From Candidatus Thorarchaeota archaeon (lineage in GTDB: Archaea; Asgardarchaeota; Thorarchaeia; Thorarchaeales; Thorarchaeaceae), in contig JBHLRP010000049.1 in NCBI GenBank assembly GCA_048882485.1, positions 1 through 24,501 on the forward strand: 24,501 bases of DNA, written 5' to 3'. The notes under the pieces were generated by a model, which did not search any database, was not told the origin of the DNA, and saw only the letters and a list, made by a program, of their open reading frames with translations. Position 1 is the first letter of the stretch, and every line of letters begins with the position of its first letter. The position numbers and the translations under genes are program-made. Shown here piece after piece: positions 1 to 6,892 of the stretch.

Positions 1-214
1 ATCCACGATGACTCACCCACGCACTCAGACAACTAGCTCTATGCTGATAAGCCATACCCTTCTCCCGATTCGTTCTCGCTTTCCGTCATATCTATCACGG
101 TAATTTTGACGCCTAAATGATCCACGAGCATAATATCAGCAAACTAGGTATGGAGAAATCGTTAATTAGGAATAGTGTCCCAAAATTGACCTCTATTCAA
201 GAGAGATGATTTGA

Positions 215-1192
215 ATGACAAAGAAGGCTGTAGTCGCAATAGGTGGAAATTCTCTCATTCGAGATAAGACGAAGAAGACGGTCCCTGATCAATATGCCGC
301 CACAGCGGAAACCTGCAAACACATAGCAGATATGATAGCTGAAGGGTGGGATGTAGTCATCACCTCTGGGAATGGTCCTCAAGTTGGATTCATTCTCCGG
401 AGGTCTGAATTAGCAGAACATGAACTCCATCCAGTCCCTCTAGATTACTGCGGAGCTGACACACAAGGTGCAATTGGATATATGATTCAGCGGGCACTTT
501 ACAATGAGTTCCATAAGCGGACAATCGACAAGCATGTTGCAACAGTGGTAACGCAAGTAAGAGTTGCCAGAGACGATCCAGCATTTGAAAACCCAGCAAA
601 GCCCATCGGCTCATTCATGGATGAGAAGACTGCAAAGAAGCGTGCTGAGGCGAAAAACTGGCAAATTAAGGAAGACTCCGGAAGGGGGTGGAGAAGAGTC
701 GTAGCCTCACCTATCCCCAAAGAGATTATTGAACTTCCGGCCATCAAAACTCTCAACAAGAACGGCATTATCGTTTACGCAGTGGGCGGAGGTGGAATCC
801 CCGTTGTTGCGGGTACCGATGGTCAGCTCGAAGGCGTGGCGGCAGTTATCGATAAAGACAGAGCATCAAGTCTTCTCGCTACCGGGCTTGACGCAGACCT
901 CCTTCTAATCTCAACTGCTGTTGAAAAGGTGTATCTCAATTTCGGTGAGGAAAATCAAGAAGCGATTGATAAGATGGATCACATCGAGGCTCAAGGATAT
1001 CTAGACGAGGGACACTTCGCTCCAGGAAGTATGAAGCCAAAGGTTGAGGCATGCATCGAGTTCATAAAGAATGGCGGAGAGATGGCCATAATCACCGATC
1101 CTCCAAACATCACCAAAGCTCTTCGAGGAGAAACCGGCACTAGGATTGTAGGAGGACATGCGGTACCTCCACCGCCTCCGGTAAGGCATTGA
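215..1192 (+). CDS. arcC: Carbamate kinase
   Basis: N-terminal VVAIGGNSL, GNGPQVG, GADTQGAIGY, PAKPIG, GRGWRRVVASP, GGGGIPV, AVIDKD and GSMKPKVEA motifs of the carbamate kinase family; 325 aa. Confidence 0.95.
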   Translation: MTKKAVVAIGGNSLIRDKTKKTVPDQYAATAETCKHIADMIAEGWDVVITSGNGPQVGFILRRSELAEHELHPVPLDYCGADTQGAIGYMIQRALYNEFHKRTIDKHVATVVTQVRVARDDPAFENPAKPIGSFMDEKTAKKRAEAKNWQIKEDSGRGWRRVVASPIPKEIIELPAIKTLNKNGIIVYAVGGGGIPVVAGTDGQLEGVAAVIDKDRASSLLATGLDADLLLISTAVEKVYLNFGEENQEAIDKMDHIEAQGYLDEGHFAPGSMKPKVEACIEFIKNGGEMAIITDPPNITKALRGETGTRIVGGHAVPPPPPVRH

Positions 1193-1238
1193 CCGCTACA
1201 TTAATGCTGAAGATTGATGCTGAGCTATATGAACTCCA

Positions 1239-1619
1239 ATGAGTCGAGAAGTAGTTTCATCAGATGAGGCACCAAAAGCAATTGGCCCCTATTCACAAGG
1301 TATCAAGGCAAACGGCTTTGTATTCTGCTCAGGGCAGATACCCTATAATCGAGAAAGGGATGAGATGGTCACAGGTTCCATAACTGACCAGACCAAGCAG
1401 GCGCTGAAGAATATCAAAGGAGTCCTTGAGGCTGCAGGCACGAGCATGGACAAAGTTGTCAAGGTTTCTGTGTTTTTGAAAGACATGGATGACTTCGTCG
1501 AGATGAACGCTGAATATGCAAAATGGTTTGGTGAGAATCCTCCAGCCAGAGCGGCAGTGCAAGTAGCCAGATTGCCAAGGGATGTAGATATCGAGATAGA
1601 AGCGATTGCGATCCAATAG
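1239..1619 (+). CDS. ridA: RidA / YjgF-YER057c-UK114 family enamine/imine deaminase
   Basis: [35 protein letters not shown] (catalytic Arg) and IEIEAIA; 126 aa. Confidence 0.93.
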   Translation: MSREVVSSDEAPKAIGPYSQGIKANGFVFCSGQIPYNRERDEMVTGSITDQTKQALKNIKGVLEAAGTSMDKVVKVSVFLKDMDDFVEMNAEYAKWFGENPPARAAVQVARLPRDVDIEIEAIAIQ

Positions 1620-1742
1620 GATATTGCCATCAAAAAGGCTCGCGGTGGATTTTTACCATGAGAACAAACCTTTTCTAGGGATTTTCTCGCTTCCCAATCA
1701 AGGGTTGGACCACGTTAAATCGTTGATGCTTCACGTGGGGGT

Positions 1743-2384
1743 TTGAACTTGACCATAGGAAATGCCGAGTCCCAAGGAGTTGTTCAGATTCTTAGTCAGG
1801 CTTCGGGTCTGATGAAGAAATCAAGATTCCTTGAAGCTGCGAATGCATTGGAAGATGCTCTGGCAAAATACCCTACCAACAAGGAAATTCTGCAGCAGCT
1901 TGTTGTCTGCAATATTGAGCTAAAAAGACCTCAGAGTGCGCTATACATGCTAGACAGGATTACAAAAAGTGCTCCCGGTGAACTATCCGCTTGGTCAGAC
2001 AAGGGCTTCTTGCACCTGCTCCTAAATGAGAACCAAGAGGGGATTGAAGCTCTTACGAAAAGCCTTGAATTGGACTCACGAAATAGTCATGTGTGGCAAC
2101 TGCTCGGTCTCGCACTCATGGGAGAAGAAAAGTGGGCAGAGGGACTCGACGCCTTCGAGCGTTCGTTGCTTTTGGATCCTAACTCAGCTATCACTTGGTA
2201 CAACCGTGCAGTGTGTTTCTTCTTTCTGGAATACTTCCAGGAAGCGCTCGCTTCCGTGGAGCAGGCGTTCTCACTTGATCCAGACCTCAAAGCATTGGCC
2301 GAAGAATGGGTGGCCATCTTGCAGGACGCGGCAGATGAGCTGGGCATTGATTACGTGGATGATTTCGAAGCTCAAGCTAGCTAG
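1743..2384 (+). CDS. Tetratricopeptide repeat protein (~5 TPRs) with acidic C-terminus
   Basis: Repeated 34-aa units such as AWSDKGFLHLLL..EGIEALTKSLELD, VWQLLGLALM..EGLDAFERSLLLDP and TWYNRAVCFF..EALASVEQAFSLDP; TTG start preceded by GGGGG. Confidence 0.88.
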   Translation: MNLTIGNAESQGVVQILSQASGLMKKSRFLEAANALEDALAKYPTNKEILQQLVVCNIELKRPQSALYMLDRITKSAPGELSAWSDKGFLHLLLNENQEGIEALTKSLELDSRNSHVWQLLGLALMGEEKWAEGLDAFERSLLLDPNSAITWYNRAVCFFFLEYFQEALASVEQAFSLDPDLKALAEEWVAILQDAADELGIDYVDDFEAQAS

Positions 2385-4335
2385 TGTTTTCATTCGTTGT
2401 CGCTTTAGCTTTTTTCTTCCTAGTTGATTTTCGTCGCTTCTTTGGCTTGGGAGGTTCAATTCCATCTATTAGCTCCTGGATGGTCTTTTGTTGGTCTTTC
2501 ATCTTGAACTTCTCAGCTGACTCAAGCGCCTGCCTCAATGCTCCCTGAAGACGCTCTGACTCAATCTTCTGCTCCTCTGGGTCCGTCATTTCAGCAATAG
2601 CGGCTTTGCGTTTTGGGAGTACTCGTAGGAAGCCCTCGATAGCCGCCATGGCTTCCTCTTTGCTGACAAGCTCATCCATTGGATCGGTTTCAGTTGCGTC
2701 GATAATCCGGCAGATTTGCGAGTATACTCGTCTGTGTTCTTCAAGAGCATCACTGAGAATTGACTCCACCTCACTTCCGGGCTCTGCTTGCTTTAGTTTA
2801 TCACGTATCTTCGCCATAGCATCCTCAAGGAATGCTTTTCGCTCATTCAGACTAGTCTTCTTTCTCTCCATCCAACGCCATTCATTTGTGATTCCATGAG
2901 TCAGAGTCAATGCTTGATTGACCGTTTCTCTGTATTCATTGACGTTTGCCATTGCTTCCTTCAATTCGGCCTCCAAGGTGTCAGCAACATCAGTTAGCTG
3001 GTAACTCAGAATATCACCGGCCTGTGCATCGGACAGGACGCGACTCTCTTTGATAGCTCTAGCTGTTTCATCCCAAAGCTTGTCGATCACATCATCTTGG
3101 AGACGAACATGAGTACCCGGCTCAACCTGTGCAGATATCTGCCTGATCCGCTCAGTTAGTGTCCCAAGCTCTTGAATCTTGGACTTTACGAGAGAACGAC
3201 CAAGTCGTTCATTCAACTCCTCCGTTAATTGTTGACGCTCCTCTGGCACTTCCAGCAATGCATGTGTATTATCTATCAAATATTGAAGTGCTTTCTCGTA
3301 GGAGGCAACTGCTTCTTGATGATTTCCCTCATCGAAGTATCCATCTCCTTGTCTCTGAAATACCAGCACAGATTCTAAGACATCATAGGGGGAGGTTCTA
3401 AGAAGGCTGACTCCGTATCGCGACTCGCTTGACATACTGAGATCGAGCGGAACCTCGCCAATAGTCAAGGAGAGAACGAGGATTCCATCAGATCCCACTG
3501 CATACACGTGAAGTTTGTCTGCATCGATGTATCCGATTTTATAATTTTCAATTAGGAATCGGCCCATCTCATTTCCTCTAATTAGGTCCCAGACTGTGAT
3601 GAGCCCTGAGTTCATTACGGCGACTAGATAGGAGCTGTTTGACCACATAGAAACAACGGGATTCGAGGACTTATCTTGAAGCGTGCGAATAAGCTGCCAT
3701 TCAACTCGATCCCATATGCCTATCTCGCCAGATTCAGTCCCTATAATCACAAATTCGGAATTGCCAACAAAAACAGTAGGACGAATCTTCTTATCGAGTC
3801 TTGCTAGCTCGGTAGGCGCCTTATTTGGTTCATGAAGCCAAGCTCTTGGCTCTTCCTTCCGACTTCCAGTTAGGATGACTCTATCGTCTGACCATAGCGT
3901 CGATATATCAGACTTATGAAGCTGCCAGCTTGAAGTCTCGTGAGTGTCCTTCTTGATAGAAACTAACCTTCCATCACGTGCGCCGACATAGAAGCTGTCA
4001 CCTTGGAGGGTGGATGTGATTGCATGATATGTCAGCTCAAACCATCCAGTCATGCCCCATGTTCCTTTCTTCCAGACATATACGCGGCGTTCGCATGTTG
4101 CGTACACTCTTTCTTCATCGACATGAACTACAAGAGGCTCGCTACTAGTTTCCCCAAGCTCCGCTACTAGTTGCCAGTCTTCCTTTGACCAGACTCTTAC
4201 CTTCAGGTCTCTACAGGCAGCGTATAGAAACCTCTCATCATGAACAATATGAACTGCGTCCGCCTCTAGGACTGTAATGATTTCATGACCAAGTGGTAAA
4301 GCCTCACCTGTGCTGCCTCCTGCAGAGATGGGCAT
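2377..4335 (-). CDS. WD40 beta-propeller + TPR/MIT-like helical bundle + coiled-coil protein with basic C-terminal tail
   Basis: Seven ~38-42-aa blades in aa ~25-295 (KVRVWS, RVYVWK, GARDGRL, GEIGIWD, GLITVWD). TPR/MIT-like segment GDGYFDEGNHQEAVASYEKALQYL at aa ~318-388, followed by a heptad-rich helical region and the tail PKPKKRRKSTRKKKAK. Confidence 0.8.
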   Translation of the reverse strand: MPISAGGSTGEALPLGHEIITVLEADAVHIVHDERFLYAACRDLKVRVWSKEDWQLVAELGETSSEPLVVHVDEERVYATCERRVYVWKKGTWGMTGWFELTYHAITSTLQGDSFYVGARDGRLVSIKKDTHETSSWQLHKSDISTLWSDDRVILTGSRKEEPRAWLHEPNKAPTELARLDKKIRPTVFVGNSEFVIIGTESGEIGIWDRVEWQLIRTLQDKSSNPVVSMWSNSSYLVAVMNSGLITVWDLIRGNEMGRFLIENYKIGYIDADKLHVYAVGSDGILVLSLTIGEVPLDLSMSSESRYGVSLLRTSPYDVLESVLVFQRQGDGYFDEGNHQEAVASYEKALQYLIDNTHALLEVPEERQQLTEELNERLGRSLVKSKIQELGTLTERIRQISAQVEPGTHVRLQDDVIDKLWDETARAIKESRVLSDAQAGDILSYQLTDVADTLEAELKEAMANVNEYRETVNQALTLTHGITNEWRWMERKKTSLNERKAFLEDAMAKIRDKLKQAEPGSEVESILSDALEEHRRVYSQICRIIDATETDPMDELVSKEEAMAAIEGFLRVLPKRKAAIAEMTDPEEQKIESERLQGALRQALESAEKFKMKDQQKTIQELIDGIEPPKPKKRRKSTRKKKAKATTNENTS

Positions 4336-4385
4336 AATTCTATCCCGGTTTTTCTGCTTCAGTGCTTAAGTCTTTGGTTCTTGGT

Positions 4386-4393
4386 GTATAAAA
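4386..4393 (-). promoter_or_regulatory. Putative TATA box of the WD40 gene
   Basis: TTTTATAC on the minus strand about 50 nt upstream of the ATG at 4335. Confidence 0.35.
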
Positions 4394-4599
4394 CTCAATT
4401 TAGGACCGATTTGCGCATTCTGGAGTCCACGCGGGATTTGTTGAAAAGGAGTTTTTAGTTTTATTGAGCAATGCATTCACGAATGAGTTGGCCAACTTAC
4501 AGGTGATCGATTTTTCGACGTCTAGTTTGCAAACGGATAATCTCTGACGCATGATAGACTTTCAGGCTCTCGATAATCATCATAGCACACTTCTTCCAT

Positions 4600-5175
4600 C
4601 TACGCATCTCCTTCAGCCTCCAAGTTCTGCATCAGGTCAAGCTCTTGCAGGTGGCCGGCGAGTATCCTTGCCGCCTCGGGAACTTGCTTCTCGCTTTTGG
4701 CGCCCACGATGACAAACTTTCCGGAGCCAAATATCAGGACCACGTTCTTTGGGTCCCTCATCCGATAGATCAGGCCCGGGAACTGCTCAGGTTCATACAT
4801 GCTGTTCTTGAGTGTCATGACAGCCCTCTCAAGGTCTACGGACCTACCGAGACTGCCACAGCCCACGACATTCTGTATTGTGATGGTGGGGCTGCCAGCC
4901 ATCCTGTAGCCGGCCTCATTGAGGCTCTTCACAATCTTGCCGACCGCCTTCTTGACATCCTTCTCACTCTTGGCCCCGGTGCACACCATATTCCCGGTAT
5001 TGAAGATCAGTGTAGCTGTCTTGGGCTTCTTGAGACGGTATACCAGACCCGGGAAATCTTCTGGCGCATATTGAACTTCGGGCATCCCTGCTGCTATTTC
5101 TTCCAGGTCCAGCTTCTGGTCTAGAACGACTGAAGCTACAATGTTCTCAATCTTGGTCGTGATCTTTCTCGGCGT
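4600..5175 (-). CDS. tbp: TATA-box binding protein (start codon position reads ACG; possible near-cognate start or inactivated copy)
   Basis: Two TBP repeats: KIENIVASVVLDQKLDL..YAPEDFPGLVYRLKKPKTATLIFNTGNMVCTGAKS and IQNVVGC..YEPEQFPGLIYRMRDPKNVVLIFGSGKFVIVGAKS. The essential NIVAS strand lies upstream of the ORF-track ATG (5085). The frame is open to 5319 with no ATG/GTG/TTG, and ACG at 5175-5173 follows SD-like GAGAGTG. Confidence 0.9.
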   Translation of the reverse strand, partial: TPRKITTKIENIVASVVLDQKLDLEEIAAGMPEVQYAPEDFPGLVYRLKKPKTATLIFNTGNMVCTGAKSEKDVKKAVGKIVKSLNEAGYRMAGSPTITIQNVVGCGSLGRSVDLERAVMTLKNSMYEPEQFPGLIYRMRDPKNVVLIFGSGKFVIVGAKSEKQVPEAARILAGHLQELDLMQNLEAEGDA

Positions 5176-5427
5176 AATGACACTCTCTGGTTTTTCTACA
5201 CGTGAGAGAGATACAGGCTCTCCATATGCTTCTTTGCATTCACTCGCGCATGGATGGTTTCGCGGGGCGGAATAATTCGAAGGATGCTGATGTGAATCAT
5301 AGTTTTTTGAATCTTCACGCTATTTGGCCCCCTACTTTCCACGTGCAGGTCGATAACATAGACGCATCGAGACTTCAGTTAAATGTTCGTGCCCAGAAAG
5401 TGAAGATGGCAAAAGGAGTGGAAGTCA

Positions 5428-5844
5428 TTGTCAAAGAGTGAAGAAAAGAAGCTGCTTCTAGTGGAACAGAAGTTCATTGAATATTATCAAGAAGTCAGTA
5501 AGTCATCATCTCCCCCGAGAATTAGTAGCGATCTTGACAAGATGCTCGATGAGGATAAAGAGATCGTTGAGATATTCAATGAATGGGGAATGGATTACGC
5601 TGACATGATACACAAATGGTTCGATGAGAACAGCTTTGAGAACTCAATGAGCCCTATCAAGGCGAATCTCGTTGCTGAGTACATGATTAGTGGACCACTC
5701 AGTTTTGCTGGAGGATATGAGAATTATGTGCAGAAGACATTCCTTGTCAATGGACAGAAACATGGTGTTCTCGCATTCCTTATACCAAATGAAGATCCAA
5801 AACTTGCTGCACTGCACATACTCTTCACCAAGGAGGAAGAATGA
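5428..5844 (+). CDS. Hypothetical protein, 138 aa
   Basis: TTG start after SD-like GGAGTGG; protein-like composition (helical N-half, beta-rich C-half); no family recognised. Confidence 0.65.
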   Translation: MSKSEEKKLLLVEQKFIEYYQEVSKSSSPPRISSDLDKMLDEDKEIVEIFNEWGMDYADMIHKWFDENSFENSMSPIKANLVAEYMISGPLSFAGGYENYVQKTFLVNGQKHGVLAFLIPNEDPKLAALHILFTKEEE

Positions 5845-6094
5845 AGACACAGTAATCGCATAGCAGAGAAATTTGAATTTCTCAAGAAGTGTCATCCTGA
5901 ACTGAAGACCTTCGCTCTGGAATCCTGGAATGTTCAGAGCTTGGATGCTCCGCCACAGCCCTGTTTCAGTCATGACTCTGTCATTGGATATCCTATTTAA
6001 ACGACACAGAGTTTTTAGAAAATGTCAGCCCCAGAGGACTCCTTTTTATGCGTTCATTCTTAATAAGTTCGTCTGGGCGAGCTTTTTGCCATAG

Positions 6095-6101
6095 TATAAA
6101 A
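6095..6101 (+). promoter_or_regulatory. Putative TATA box of the small membrane-protein gene
   Basis: TATAAAA at 6095-6101, then GGGGT SD-like motif (6126-6130) and TTG at 6139. Confidence 0.45.
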
Positions 6102-6138
6102 GAGCACTCCAATTGAAGGTAATTTGGGGTAGTTTCTA

Positions 6139-6360
6139 TTGGAAAAGATCAAGTTGCCAAGCCAATCCTCAGAAAGAATCCTCTACATTGTTTTGGGGCT
6201 AGTAATTGCAGCAATCTTCTTTCAGGATGCATTCCGCCTAGTATAGGAAACTAGCCAGACTGTTTCTGATGCTGCAACGAGAGTGCTTTTTGTGGGAGTG
6301 GCGCTAACATTGCTTTGCTTTCTGATGCGAAGAAGACGCACTGGATATTCCACCTATTGA
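6139..6360 (+). pseudogene. Small two-TM membrane protein interrupted by in-frame TAG (pseudogene or amber read-through)
   Basis: Hand translation: MEKIKLPSQSSERILYIVLGLVIAAIFFQDAFRLV*(TAG 6244-6246)ETSQTVSDAATRVLFVGVALTLLCFLMRRRRTGYSTY*. A hydrophobic helix lies on each side of the stop, with a positive-inside RRRR after TM2. Absent from the ORF track. Confidence 0.6.
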
Positions 6361-6755
6361 CAAGCTCCCGCACACACCCCAGTCCCCCGACAACTCAGCT
6401 CCCCATCTTTGGCACTGCATACAGTTTCACTACGGATCTGGCTTTAGACCTGGTACTGCAGTACTCACCACGCCCCTCGAGAACCTCAATATGTCCAGCA
6501 TCCGCTCCAGTTCCACCAGCCTTCCGGCCTCCCTTGCCTGTGCCCTGGTCTCCACCTCCGGACTGTTCAGCATCACCCTCACGTCAGGCACTCCCTCACC
6601 TGCCCTGGCCTCCATCACCACCGCCATGTGGGGCTCGTGCCTGAACTCCGGACTGCTATGTATACTCTTGCCGTCACTCTCTGCCAGGAACAGCTTCGCG
6701 TTCACTGCAACGAACACCTCTCCCTCCCCGGAGGTGGCAAGTCTGCCTGAAAAAA
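6361..6755 (-). pseudogene. Clipped high-GC foreign fragment: probable 3' part of an unknown gene (stop at 6430) plus the decayed start of a zinc-ribbon gene (ATG 6420)
   Basis: About 59% GC by hand count (6361-6720). The minus frame has strong G/C-ending codons (GAG, GTG, AGG, CTG) and runs from a TAA at the 6756-6767 palindrome to TAG at 6430. It is followed by MQCQRWGAELSGDWGVCGSL, resembling CxxCGxxL-x5-CxxC with two Cys lost. Confidence 0.45.
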
Positions 6756-6767
6756 GGCCTTAAGGCC
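6756..6767. repeat. Perfect 12-bp palindrome GGCCTTAAGGCC
   Basis: Seen directly; located at the right edge of the high-GC fragment, about 125 nt upstream of the tubulin-like operon. Confidence 0.5.
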
Positions 6768-6892
6768 GTTAAGATAGCACGTGTTTGTATGTCTCGAGGA
6801 GTCAGTAGGCCATTCATTCATATGTCAAAGTCCACTGATAACCATAGCTCGAAAAATAGAAGATACCAATCCCTAGGCAGGAGGTAGTCATT

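Noticed and set aside
1-100. Possible minus-strand gene start at the left edge
   Set aside because: ATG at 89 closes after 16 codons; other starts (e.g. GTG at 6) leave too little sequence to judge.
2377-2384. CTAGCTAG palindrome at the TPR/WD40 junction
   Set aside because: It is simply the overlapping stop codons of convergent genes, as also seen at 13572-13575.
4600-5085. ORF-track 161-aa TBP starting at ATG 5085
   Set aside because: It would lack the first conserved strand and helix (IENIVAS..LDL), which are present in frame upstream; the call was extended to 5175.
5202-5441. 79-aa ORF between tbp and the hypothetical gene
   Set aside because: No SD or motif; it covers the expected divergent promoter region.
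5644-5973. 109-aa minus-strand ORF
   Set aside because: Overlaps the better-supported 5428-5844 gene antisense by 200 nt and has no recognisable motif.
6315-6763. Plus-strand Pro/Ser-rich ORFs (6315-6644, 6491-6763)
   Set aside because: Shadows of the C-rich strand of the high-GC fragment; codon pattern favours the minus frame.
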